A stretch of DNA of 64,000 nucleotides from Asterias rubens (lineage: Eukaryota). The stretch is taken from positions 12,214,001 to 12,278,000 of the forward strand of contig NC_047072.1 in assembly GCF_902459465.1 (NCBI RefSeq), in the 5' to 3' direction. The notes beneath the pieces are model-generated. The model searched no databases. It was not told the origin of the DNA and saw only the letters and a program-made list of their open reading frames with translations. Positions 1 to 10,809 of this stretch are shown here, piece after piece (positions within the stretch are counted from its first letter, which is position 1; every line of letters begins with the position of its first letter). Both the position numbers and the translations under genes were made by a program.

Positions 1-510
1 TCAATGTTATCCGACACAATTGAGCTGTTGGATGAAATGGTACACTTAACTTTTATGTGGCTATTATAACACAAATTGTAAAAATGTATGTACTTTTTCT
101 TGCAGTTATCACCATATAACTTTGACTATTGAAATCTGTTTACAATTGACTATTGTTGAATGTTTTCGTATTGGTTTTTTGTGTAGTCTCTTTTTTTCTG
201 TAGCTGTTTGCAATTGTTGGGTGTTCAGTTTGATTTATGTTATCTCGCCGCAATTGAGCTGTTGGCTGAAATGGTTCACATAACTTTTATGTGGATATAA
301 TAATACAAATTGTAAAAAAATGTACTTTTTCTTGCATTTATCACCTTTTAAATTTGACTATTGAAATCTGTTTACAATTGACTGCTGTTGTTTTATGATT
401 TTTGTATTGTTTTTGTGTAATTTCTTTTTGTAGCTGCTTGCAATTTTGGAGTGTTGATTTTTTTTTTTGGCTTTCTAGTCACAGTTTAGCTGTTGGCTGC
501 AATGGAATTC
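1..510. repeat. Degenerate ~234-bp tandem repeat (about 2.2 copies) in the last MSH2 intron
   Basis: CAATTGAGCTGTTGG recurs at 17 and 251, with a decayed third start near 482. The following sequence (AAATGGT-CAC-TAACTTTTATGTGG, TTTGACTATTGAAATCTGTTTACAATTGACT) is also duplicated. Confidence 0.75.
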
Positions 511-1125
511 CATTTCTTGAGTTACATGTTTTATTAACAGGTTGAATGTTTTAAAGATTTTTTACTCCTATTATGATTCTGTTTCTTATTATTTTTATTT
601 GTCCATTGAATTTTAATCGCTTAGTTTTTTTTTACTAGTGCCATGTTCAGAGCCCTTAGAGCGTCTCAACATGATTTAACTTTTAAAAGGCACTATATAA
701 GTGTTGGTATTAATATTATTATTATTAATGGTACACTTAAATATTATGTGGATATTATGATCCAAAATGTGAAATTTCTCATACAATTAGTTTAGTATCT
801 CGCCTGCCAGAGAATGCTTTGGAACATACAAGGTCACTCTTTCAGCAAACAGCTTGGGTAATCACAGGTTTTAAGGACCGATATGAAATTTCAAACTATC
901 AATTAAATACCTTTATTGGATTTCTGTTTTAGTTTGTAAGGTAATAGATGTTAAATTTGTATCGCGGACAAAGTATATTCTTTTTGGTTTTACCCTTATT
1001 ATACACTGATGTGTGTTAGCACTGTACATGTATACTGAGTGGTTAATTATACTGAATAGTTTATAATGGTTTGAAAAGAAAATAGTTGTACATCATCTTC
1101 TAATTTGTTTTTGGTTTTTTTCTAG

Positions 1126-1290
1126 GAAGGAGAAATGATCATTGACGATTTCTTGAAGAAAGTGAAACAACTCGACACAGAAACGATGTCTGATGAGCAT
1201 GTTTATGAGGCAGTGCAGCGATTAAAAGAAGAAGTTGCAAAGAAGAGTAGTCCGTATGTACAGGAAGTGCTGTCCAGGAGTGACATTTGA
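1126..1290 (+). CDS. MSH2: Terminal coding exon of DNA mismatch repair protein MSH2 (rest of gene lies upstream of the window)
   Basis: CTAAT branch-like motif, T-rich tract and AG acceptor (1124-1125) precede a phase-0 frame EGEMIIDDFLKKVKQLDTETMSDEHVYEAVQRLKEEVAKKSSPYVQEVLSRSDI*. This aligns by eye with the human MSH2 C-terminus as recalled ([52 protein letters not shown]). Too short for the supplied ORF track. Confidence 0.88.
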   Translation, partial: EGEMIIDDFLKKVKQLDTETMSDEHVYEAVQRLKEEVAKKSSPYVQEVLSRSDI

Positions 1291-1524
1291 ACTTTAACCT
1301 TTGAACTTTGAACGGAAGTAAGTTTTTTTGTTGGTTAATGCAAAGGTTTGAAGTTATGGACCTTTGACTTTATTTACTTCTACTATCAACGTTACCAAAA
1401 GGTCAGGTTCCTTTATATAAAAGAAGATTTAAGCTATAATTTGTTATTGTGTACGTTGGGAACAAGACTTTTGCAGTAGCGCTTCCAAGTCTTGCTGGTA
1501 TTGGAAACAAATTCTTGCTGTGCC

Positions 1525-1848
1525 TTAAAGACACTGGACACCCTCGGTAATTGTCATAGACCAGTCTTCTCACTTTAATAACAAACCTGTGAAAATTTGA
1601 ACTCAATTGGGCGTTGAAGTTGTGAGATAATAATGGAAGAAAAAATACCCTTGTCACACAAAGTTGTGTGCTTTCAGATGCTTGAATTCGAGACCTCAAA
1701 ATCAAATTATAAGGTCTCTAAATCAAATTCAAATATTTTAGTGAGAAATAACGTCTTTCTCGAAAACGATGTTACTTCAGAGGGAGCCATTCAATATCAC
1801 AATGTTTTATACTATCAACATCTCTCCAGTAGTACCCAGTGCCTTTAA
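1525..1848 (-). mobile_element. MITE family A copy (TTAA-flanked, Kolobok-like), internally deleted
   Basis: TTAA-AGACACTGGACAC left end, CAGTGCCT-TTAA right end, and the internal GAGACCTCA...GAGGTCTC hairpin shared with other copies. Confidence 0.8.
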
Positions 1849-2308
1849 ACTTTCGTGTCTCGTTTGTTTACAAGCTGCACTTGCATGCATGTCTTGTAGA
1901 GCTGCTAACCAGAAATATTTGCTCAGAAATTTATTTGCTGACAACAAAATTAGCTGTCTCAAACAACAAACATTATTTGGTTTATTGGCTGGATGAAACA
2001 AATTTACGCTTAGCAATATTTTTATGTGCTGAGTAAGTTCCATCCTTGTGTATATAGTTTGATCAAAACCTGATGTCACAACTTATCACAAATTATTACT
2101 TTGCTCAAGTCTTTTCTGTCTGTGTACGGGTACATCAATAATAGTATGGTTACCATTACACAGATTTGTGATGTGAGGGTCGTGGATTCAAATCCCACTC
2201 GAGTAGTCTTTGGGTTTTCTTCTGTAGGGCTTCAGTACCTGAGTGTGAACTACTCACCAGACAACTAAGAATTAAGCTTCTTAACATTTTCTAAAAATAA
2301 CTTTTGTC

Positions 2309-2674
2309 TTTGGGTACTTTTTGTAACACAAAACACAATGTCCACAGATTTACATTAAACTTACACCGTTTGAAGATAATGATAGTAGAAAGCGTACCTT
2401 AAAATATTAGTTGCTGAGGTGCTGTAGTTTTTGAGAAATGAGTAAAACAATGTCATGAAAATACGTTTTTACATGCGAAAATAATTTTCGTCTCATGATC
2501 ACTGAGACGAAAATTATTTTCATGACATTGTTTTACTCATTTCTCAAAAACGACAGCACCTCAGCAAGTAATATTTTCAGGGAAGCTTTCTACCATCATT
2601 ATCTTCAAACGGTGTAAGTTTAGTGTACATCTGTATTTTTTTGTCCTACATAGACATGTACATAGACCCTTTAA
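2309..2674. mobile_element. Foldback MITE family C (long inverted arms, right end CCCT-TTAA)
   Basis: Arms mirror around AAAATAATTTTCGTCTCA-TGATCAC-TGAGACGAAAATTATTTT (about 2478-2520). Homologous pieces at 33953-34170 (left end TTAA-AGGATTTGGGTAC) and about 56385-56550. Confidence 0.75.
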
Positions 2675-2785
2675 ACCAAAAACTCAAATGCGCAAGACAG
2701 CGGTGAGAATGTATTTATTATATTATTTTTTGTTATTTTGACATTTATTTGATATACGCCATGTACTCGATTCGAACCAAATCAG

Positions 2786-3206
2786 ATAGACCTTATCCAT
2801 TGATGTCATTACGCCGCCATCTTTTATGTAAAACAATGATGAATTATTGGATGCGCACATCTTTGTACGTGCGGCGCACAGCATCATTGGCCAATCGGCA
2901 ACCTTCTGGGCCCTATTTCATGGAGCTGCTAAGCGCACAACTTTGCTTAGCATGAAATTTCTGCCTCGAGAAAAACAGGATTACCAACAAAATTTCCACA
3001 TGATTTTCAGGATGAGCAAACATCAGCTGAGTACCAGTAACAAGCAATATGCAACAAATGGAAATTTTGTTGGTAATCCTGTTTTTATCAAGGAAGAAAT
3101 TTCATGCAAAGCAAATTTGGGTGCTTAGCAGCTCTACGAAATTGGGCCCAGGTTACCTGTAGTCGAGGGCGCTCTACTCAAATGACGTCATGTGCATAAG
3201 GTCAAT
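2786..3206. mobile_element. AT-flanked MITE (AGACC/TGACC termini, ISL2EU-like) carrying a nested CWG-flanked MITE
   Basis: AT-AGACCTTATCCATTGATGTCATT ... AATGACGTCATGTGCATAAGGTCA-AT. An uninterrupted homolog lies reversed at 8515-8677. Confidence 0.7.
2906..3151. mobile_element. MITE family D (TIR GGCCCAATTTCATAGAGCTGCTAAGC, CWG flanks, PIF/Harbinger-like)
   Basis: CTG-GGCCCTATTTCATGGAGCTGCTAAGC ... GCTTAGCAGCTCTACGAAATTGGGCC-CAG. The body is largely palindromic, with relatives across the window. Confidence 0.75.
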
Positions 3207-3875
3207 TGTTGAAAACTCAACTTACTTGCCAAATAATATCATTAAAATGTACGATTTCACAACTTATAAATGTGGACAGTAAAATGTTGTTTTCTAAATT
3301 GTTTTTAATCGTCTCTTTAATTTTCTGTGTGAATTTTTTTTCTCTGATCTGAGTAAAATTCGGTTTGCGAATAACATTAAGCCATAAATAATTTTAAAAG
3401 TAAAAAAAAAAACACCACTCAAATGCCGCACAAACAGAGTATACATTTTTTGAAATGATATGCCTACTAACAATCGACAAACTGACCATCTGGCGACGAA
3501 ATGTTGGTGACATTTTGGGTTGTTGGGATGACAAATTATGAGCGGTAATGATCATCAACTGTCAATTGCTATAACTATTGCAACATACCTCATTGTGTTT
3601 AATCAACTACGGTACCTAGCATATTCGCCTATTAAATTTGATTTGCATTTTATGTTTTAAAATTATGAAATATATATACATTGAAGGTCGGCTCAAACAT
3701 TACAACGAATCACAATCAAAATGTCTCGAAAATGTGACATCTCTGGCATTTCTGTAGTGACCCATACTTAAGTACTACGAGAGTACCGTTTTGTCTGTAG
3801 TATAATTCATACGGGCCTCGCAAAAATACTTACAAAAATCTGTACTCAAAGTCATGTACTGATACTCGAATGGAT

Positions 3876-4268
3876 TTAAAGCCAGTGGACACTATTGGTT
3901 ATTGTCAAAGACCAGTCTTCTCACTTGGTGTGTGTATCTCAACATATACATAAAATAACAAACCTGTGGAAATTTGAGCTCAATCGATCGTCGAAGTTGC
4001 GAGCCTATAATATTGAAAAACAAAACGCCCTTGTCACACGAAGTTGTGTGCTTTCAGATGCTTGATTTCGAGACCTCAAATTCTAAACTTGAGGTCTCGA
4101 AATCAAAGTCGTGGAAAATTACTTCTTTCTCGAAAACTACGTCACTTCAGAGGGAGCTGTTTCTCACAATGTTTTATACTATCAACCTCTCCCCATTACT
4201 CGTTACCTAGTAAGGTTTTATGCTAATAATTATTCTGAGTAATTACCAATAGTGTCCACTGCCTTTAA
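3876..4268 (-). mobile_element. MITE family A copy
   Basis: TTAA-AGCCAGTGGACACTATTGG ... CCAATAGTGTCCACTGCCT-TTAA; about 390 bp. Confidence 0.9.
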
Positions 4269-5243
4269 ACTCGCATTCCGATTACACGTATAAGTATGAT
4301 CTTGATAAAAAAAACACCTTCCCTGTACGCTTTCTTAAAATTAATTATAATAATAAATATATATATTTATTATTAACTATTAACCAAGTATACTTGGTTG
4401 TACAACAGCTTTCTAAAGTATACAGCGTTTTTGAGAATCAGTTCTCTTTGAGTAGTGTGGTTAGGGAAAATGTAATAAGGTTTTATACCCAAGGTATGGA
4501 TATTGATATTATGCTCAATGACAATAACATAGGCGTATACGTCATATGGGTATGCAAAGCTTGCAATACGAATTTTTGGGGTGAACACATTTTTTTATCA
4601 CTGGTTTAAACTTTATATAGATACGTGCCCTCTGTGACATATAAAGCAATTTTAATTGATTATCTGTAAAATTGTGCAAGCTATAATACAACAGCAACAA
4701 ATCACAGGCTCTTTATACACCATTCATCAATTTGAAATTCCCGATAAATCCACAAATTGATCTGTACTGAGCTGTGTGGTGTTTGGTGCTTATTTCTGAG
4801 CCGACCGTTCAACTCTAGCAAACTAGCAGTAGGGCCAAGTTTTATAAAGCTGTTGAAACTACACTTGAAAATACCGCGTATAGTAGATTTATTAATATTA
4901 TTAGCTAACGCAAAACAGTGTGTTGGGAACCATTGGCAACAAAGTAAACTCTATGAAACTTTGGCTGGTAACCTGTTTCAGCAAGCAGGATTCTGTTTGT
5001 GCCTGTAGCAGATTTTGTGTGCTCGATTAATTTAGTGAAGTTAAGCCCGTGGCTGTTTGGCTGTGTTTCAATTGGGAACATGTGAATTTTAACATTTGTT
5101 TTACTGAAACATGGCGAACACTGCAAAAACTGGGATGTTAAAATTTACACCACAAGTGTTGTGACACATTATATCTACGGAAGAGACCAACACTTATTTC
5201 TGCAACAAAATCACATTGGTGTTATTTCAACACCCTATTTTAT

Positions 5244-5629
5244 TTAAAGACCCTGGACACTATTGGTAATTGTCAAAGACCAGTCTTCTCGCTTAGTGTA
5301 TATCAACATATATGCACAAAATAACAAACCTGTGAAAATTTGAACTTAACTGGTCGTCGAAGTTGCGAAATAATAATGGAAGAAAAAATACCCTTGTCAC
5401 ACGAAGTTGTGCGCTTTCATGGTTGATTTCGAGACTTAAAGATCTAATTCTGAGGTCTCGAAATCAAATTCGTGGAAAACTACTTCTTTCTTTAAAACTA
5501 CGTTACGTCAGAGGGAGCGGTTTCTCACAATGTTTTATACTATTAAAAGCTTCCCATTGCTTGTTACCAAGTAAGTTTTTATGATAACAATTATTTTTAG
5601 TAATTACCAATATTGTCCACTGCCTTTAA
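5244..5629 (-). mobile_element. MITE family A copy, about 145 bp downstream of the Ig gene 1 stop codon
   Basis: TTAA-flanked TIRs and the family A internal sequence. Confidence 0.88.
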
Positions 5630-5773
5630 ATTCTCTCTTCATTATCTATATAAGTATGTGACATGCGCATGGTGGCATGACACCTCAGTGTTTGCAGTGT
5701 AGCAAACAACGTTTTTTGCAAAAACTTTGTAACTCAGAACTACTGCTTCACCCAGGGTTTTTATGAACTACTA

Positions 5774-7246
5774 CTAGGGCGATGTAATTTCGAGTATCGT
5801 GTTGTCGACTTCAACTACGCAATTACTGAGTTTCGACAAGCTGGTGTTTCTTGAATGGTCCGAAGGGGTCCTTCCCGCGCTTTCTTCGGCATTATTGTTA
5901 CTATTGTCCTGCAAACCACTCTGTATCGGCTGCTCGTACATCTCCAGCTCGGTGTCTTCAAACTGAATCGGGACTAAATTGTTCTCCCTCTTTGATGAAC
6001 GTTTCTTCTCCTTTTGTTCGAGTTTCTTCTCCCGTTTGAGCTGTTTTTGTAGTTGTTTTTCCCGCCGTTTTTGCCGGTAGGAATCGCTGACCAGACAACC
6101 GAGATGCGGTGCGGCGAGGAACAGAATCCCGATTAGAGCGAGGCCACCGAGTGCCGATAGGTCGACGGCGATGAGTAGGAGGGGGTTCCGGGCTAGGGAG
6201 TTATTATCCACGTCGTTGTTATCTTTTACCCGGACGGTAGGGCTTTTTAGTGTTACGGTTATGTTCCTTGAAGCATTTGCATTCCACACTCTGCACGTTA
6301 TTTCGGTCGAGAAGTCTTCGCTTCTTACCTCGGTGATGTTGAGATGTGATGAGAGCAAAATCCTGTTCGAGTCTCGCTCTTCTTCGATGGAGAAGCGAGA
6401 AGTCGTCGAGTTGGTTGAATTAGACATCGGGATGGGGAGGGATGTATTCCCATGAAACCAATGTATTCTTTGTATGGGTGGGTTGGCTGACGCAGAGCAT
6501 GTTAAAGTTATCAACTCACCGAGTTTGGATTTTGGGTGTGATGGCGAAATCATCACCGAGGGTGCGTATAGTACGGTGAGAGGTCCTACTGTGCATGATC
6601 TGTCGTAGCCATCTAGTGCCGGGTGTTCCTCGTGGCATGTGAACACGGCCCCATCATATGCCGGTGTGGCGTCCCATATCACGGTATGGTTAGGCCCAGG
6701 ACCGGCCAGACCCACTTGACCGTTCAAACCCTGCCATGTAAGCTGGGAGTTTGGTCTTCCTCCACTGGCGGTCATACAGGACGCCGAAATCTCATCCCCT
6801 TCAGATAGAGGCGTCCTGTAGCTCGCCGAGCATACGGGGTCTCCAGGAGGTGCCACTGGCGGCAAAATCTTAACCGTCCCTGGCTTTCCGTTGATGGTAT
6901 ACGTCCCATCAGACAACAGACATTCGTATAAACCTTCATCCGTCATCTTCAAGTCATGAATAGTGAGGTTAAAGTATCCACTTGTTAAGTCTTCTTCAAT
7001 TTTAAACTTCGGACGGTTCGTAACGTAGTCGGCAGAATCGAAGCTTAAGATCAGCAATTCGCCAGCTTCAATGTACCAGAAGACTCCGTAGTTTCCTCGG
7101 TCGGTTATTTGGCAAAACAGCCGCACTGTGCTTCCTTCCAACCCACCAGCCTCCGAGAACTGGTCAACAGTTTGAGCAACGGACACCGAGACTGCATGGA
7201 AGGCAACTAACAGGCAGACAACAACGATTGAGAAATCTGCCGCCAT
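5774..7246 (-). CDS. Ig-superfamily type I membrane protein 1 (signal peptide, V + C2-like + I/C2-like domains, TM, tail; nectin/CADM-like architecture), 490 aa, single coding exon
   Basis: AAAATGG start and hydrophobic leader. V-domain C...W...DEGLYEC; domain 2 CMTASGGRPNSQLTW...CHEEHPAL; domain 3 CSASANPP...W...C. TM LLLIAVDLSALGGLALIGILFLAA is followed by a basic tail. Confidence 0.92.
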   Translation of the reverse strand: MAADFSIVVVCLLVAFHAVSVSVAQTVDQFSEAGGLEGSTVRLFCQITDRGNYGVFWYIEAGELLILSFDSADYVTNRPKFKIEEDLTSGYFNLTIHDLKMTDEGLYECLLSDGTYTINGKPGTVKILPPVAPPGDPVCSASYRTPLSEGDEISASCMTASGGRPNSQLTWQGLNGQVGLAGPGPNHTVIWDATPAYDGAVFTCHEEHPALDGYDRSCTVGPLTVLYAPSVMISPSHPKSKLGELITLTCSASANPPIQRIHWFHGNTSLPIPMSNSTNSTTSRFSIEEERDSNRILLSSHLNITEVRSEDFSTEITCRVWNANASRNITVTLKSPTVRVKDNNDVDNNSLARNPLLLIAVDLSALGGLALIGILFLAAPHLGCLVSDSYRQKRREKQLQKQLKREKKLEQKEKKRSSKRENNLVPIQFEDTELEMYEQPIQSGLQDNSNNNAEESAGRTPSDHSRNTSLSKLSNCVVEVDNTILEITSP

Positions 7247-7874
7247 TTTGAAAAAACTTTGTTCTGATGCAACTGTTCAGTTTAGTTGTACTCAGTCTGC
7301 GTTATTAAAATAATTTTGTTCCAAGTATTTAGGTTAAAGTGTATGTAGTAAACTGGGTAGCAAGCGTGTATCACGTATGTAGGCAGACATTAGTGATCCC
7401 TTTTTGCACATCAAAGAGACACTTTTGTTCGAACAACCTTGACACTCGAACTCCATTTTTTGTTCGATTCAAGTAGTATAGACTCCACCCAGCGTACAGT
7501 ATAACAACAGCCCCGCGTCACAAAATCAACACTGCCCAAACTCGCACAGAAAGTGTTTTTGTTTTCAGTGCAAATAAGAGAAGAGAAAGAAACGGAAATT
7601 GTTTGAATAGTTTCACTTTATAAAAAGACAAAGGTTTTTAACAATGACGACGCTACAGGGAGGCAGGGCACATGCCCACGCCCAATGTGCTACACCTTGA
7701 AATATGGACCTTTGAGATTAAAAAAAATGAATAAAAGCTTTTATGAAGTAATACTTTTAAATGTTTAAAATGTTGGTTCGATTAAAATTGTGCATCCCCT
7801 TGTTCCCCTAAAAATAATTGATTTGTAGTCTAATGTTCCAGCCATGTAAACGACTGATACACATTACATGCGCA

Positions 7875-8242
7875 TTAAAGATGCTATGTCAAATTTTTGG
7901 CCGATTTGACCAAAAAATTTTCATTTAAAATTCAATAGGTATTTTGATGGGGGTCGAGAAAGTAACAAGCTTTCATTTGAGCCATTGCTCGAAAAAGTCC
8001 GCCAATTATTAGTAGCAGTGAAATAAAGTGCTCAAAATTAGTTTTTGTCGGGATCCCGACAATATATCACGTGACCAATTCTTATGAGAAACGTTTTAAA
8101 TTTGTGTCATGGTTCCTGACCATTAAAAGTAAAAGTTAAACTTTGTTTCGTTAGAGCGGGTGATACTCTTTGAAATACCATTCACTCAAAAAAACAATAT
8201 TTTTTAATATTTGGGGCAAAGAATCTGACATAACATCTTTAA
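7875..8242. mobile_element. Distinct TTAA-flanked MITE family (TIR AGATGYTATGTCA; Kolobok-like)
   Basis: TTAA-AGATGCTATGTCAAATT ... GAATCTGACATAACATCT-TTAA. Confidence 0.75.
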
Positions 8243-8440
8243 CAATTAATTGTATTGCACCCTGGCTCCACAGTGCCATACTTGGACCGTATACCGAATA
8301 GCGGCTACGAGCCACAGCTACGACTGTTGCTAAGGGTGTGACCAAAGACGTTACGTCATTGCATAATGAAGTGGCGATCAAGCTGTAGCCTGCGGACACG
8401 GCTTTATATGATTGCCAGAGGCAAATTGATGACGCCATGT

Positions 8441-8677
8441 ATTGACCCCTTGCACGCGCGTCACACGCGACGACTGGGCCCAATTTCATAGAGCTGCTAA
8501 GCAAAAGGCACCACCACATGACGTCATTTCAGTAGGGCGCCCTCACCTAGAGGTCAAAAGGAGGTTGTTCATTGGCCAATCCTGTGCGCCGCGCGTACAA
8601 ATCTGTGCTTTTCGATTGTTTCGTCACCGTTTTTCCACTAGGATGGCCGCTGGATGACGTCAATGCATAAGGTCTAT
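8441..8677. mobile_element. Chimeric AT-flanked MITE remnant with two TGACGTCA (CRE-like) motifs and a CCAAT box
   Basis: 8515-8677 is the reverse-complement homolog of 2786-3206. The left part matches the element start at 52070 and a family D TIR. Confidence 0.6.
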
Positions 8678-9662
8678 TGCTGTTACCAAGCATCCAAGTA
8701 CATGTAAGGTTTTATGTAGCCTTTAATCAAGGCGCATGCAGCAGCGGCACCCCCCCCCCCCAGATATCAAGCACCAACCGTTCATTCAGGTAAACCATGC
8801 GTGTAATCGCGCGATATCTCGGACACACGGGATTTTGTACCCTTTTACATCATTATTTTGTTTTCAACAACGCTAATAATATTACACCCGTGGTGTAATT
8901 GTTTTCACACAACACCCATGTTTTTGCCAATTAATCCAACCTATGTATTTGAAGTTACATGGGTGTTTGGTTTGGGCTCAACGGGCGTACCTGTTTGGGA
9001 CTAGACGCGTATAAGATTTGCTTCTTAGTGAGCTCCCCTGTAGTTCATCAAAGTGTATTTACTTCCGCTTGGCTTATCTTAGTCACGAGAGAATAGTGAA
9101 CAACCGATTACAAAGTTTGCAGTGCTTAATTTCAAGGGATGTTTTCAACTGTCGTCATCATTAGATCGTGTAAGCTTTATGTAAATCTGTGATCTTCACG
9201 ATTTTTGTTTCTTACAAGTTATGTAATGTTCCTTTAACTGTATTATTTGGAACATGTGCATATTTTGCCTGTATTGCATTCGTTACTGTGGAAACAATAA
9301 ACATTGAAACCTTGAATATCCATCACAATCCCGGGCTGTAAGCCAATCCTGATATTTTTCTCTGGCTCAGGAGAACAAAATGTGTTTCGGGTTTCAAAAC
9401 ACGTACACCGTGCCAATAAAGACCAGTTTTCAAATTGTTTGAGTTTTCTTTTTAAGAGGATTGCTATGCCCAAGGGGATGCACTATTCTTTCAAATGAAT
9501 AGTCTGGACTTCCCCCTATGCAAACCTCCCTATCCAAACCTCAGACCTGCTTTTCACACAGCAGAATCAACAACCAAACAAACAGTCTGTGCCCCCAAAA
9601 CAGGGTTTTTTAAAACTCTACTCATAGTTCTATCTATATAGCTAAACGGGGACACATTATTC

Positions 9663-10045
9663 TTAAAAGCCTAGGACACTATTGGTAATTACTTAAAATA
9701 TTTATTATCATAAAACGTTACATTGTAATGAGTAATGGGGAGATGTTGACAGTATAAAACATTGTGAGAAACGGCTCCCTCTGAAGTAACCTAGTTTTCG
9801 AGTAGAAAGAAGTAATTTTCTACGAATTTAATTTCGAGACCTCAGATTTAGAGTTTGAGGTCGCGAAATCAATCATCTGAAGCCACACAATTTCGTGCGA
9901 CAAGGGTGTTTTTTCTTTCATTATTATCTCGCAACTCTGACGACCAATTGAACTCAAATTTTCACAAGTTTGTTATTTATGCATATGTTGAGATACACCA
10001 AATGAGAAGACTAGTCTTTGACAATTACCAAAAGTGTTTGACACA
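9663..10045 (+). mobile_element. MITE family A copy with degenerate right end
   Basis: TTAA-AAGCCTAGGACACTATTGGTAATT start and family A body. A partial duplicate of the right end follows to about 10140. Confidence 0.8.
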
Positions 10046-10146
10046 TTTTTTACCGAATTTTTAGTTTATGCGTATGGTTGGATACACCAAGTGAGGATAC
10101 TGTTCTTTGACAATACCAAAAGGTGCCAAAACACTTCCTAACACGG

Positions 10147-10319
10147 CTGCCGTCGATTTCACAAAACTCTTCCTAACTTAAGACTAATCTTAGGACTTAG
10201 GACGAGTCCCAACACTGCAATGTAGCATGCAGACCTTAAGATTAATCCTAAGTTAGGACGAGTTACTCGTCCTAACTCGAGATAAGACGAGTCCTAACTC
10301 TTTGTGAAATCAACCCCAG
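10147..10319. mobile_element. Small CWG-flanked MITE with CCTAAC/GGACGAG modules (Harbinger-like)
   Basis: CTG-CCGTCGATTTCACAAA ... TTTGTGAAATCAACCC-CAG. Second diverged copy at about 60324-60476. Confidence 0.65.
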
Positions 10320-10809
10320 TGCCTTTAAGCGGGTCTATGAAATTTGGGCCAGCTTTCACTGCAGTCAACAAACCCAAAAGCCCAGTCTGTGCCAAAAACG
10401 GTATATTATTAATCAGTCTATTCAACTGTTTTGAACAGAAAGTCTCAAAAGTGTTACCCTTGACCTCTCATAATGCGCGTTTGAGTTTGGCAGTACCAAA
10501 CAATACCAGTGCCTTAGTCACACCTTTTGATTCAGATGACTGATTTTAGTAAAAAGGGTGTTCGATATGACTGTACGACTGGGAATTACACTGCTACAAC
10601 TCGCCTACTAAACAGACATACCACACTCACTTAATGTTTTGAAGGGAACCTTGTGTATTGGGCGTGTTTTTTTTAGAACTTATTGGAACTTATCGTGAAC
10701 TTGTTTGATTTTATTGGTGTCAGAGAACCCGTCAAGTTCATCAGTATTACAGAGCGTGAAGAGCACTGTGGGAGTAGGACATTTTGCAGTCGTGAGTTTT
10801 GAAACCAAC

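Noticed and set aside
3974-4226. Recurring ORFs such as MSSIDRRSCE... and ...LISRPQILNLRSRNQ...
   Set aside because: Translations of family A MITE copies. Frames are broken differently in each copy and show no transposase motifs.
10705-10809. N-terminal extensions of the Ig and GPCR ORFs in the track (10705, 19564, 43476, 58920 starts)
   Set aside because: They begin at TTG/GTG. In each case a downstream ATG in good context is used instead, and in the Ig genes it directly precedes the signal peptide.
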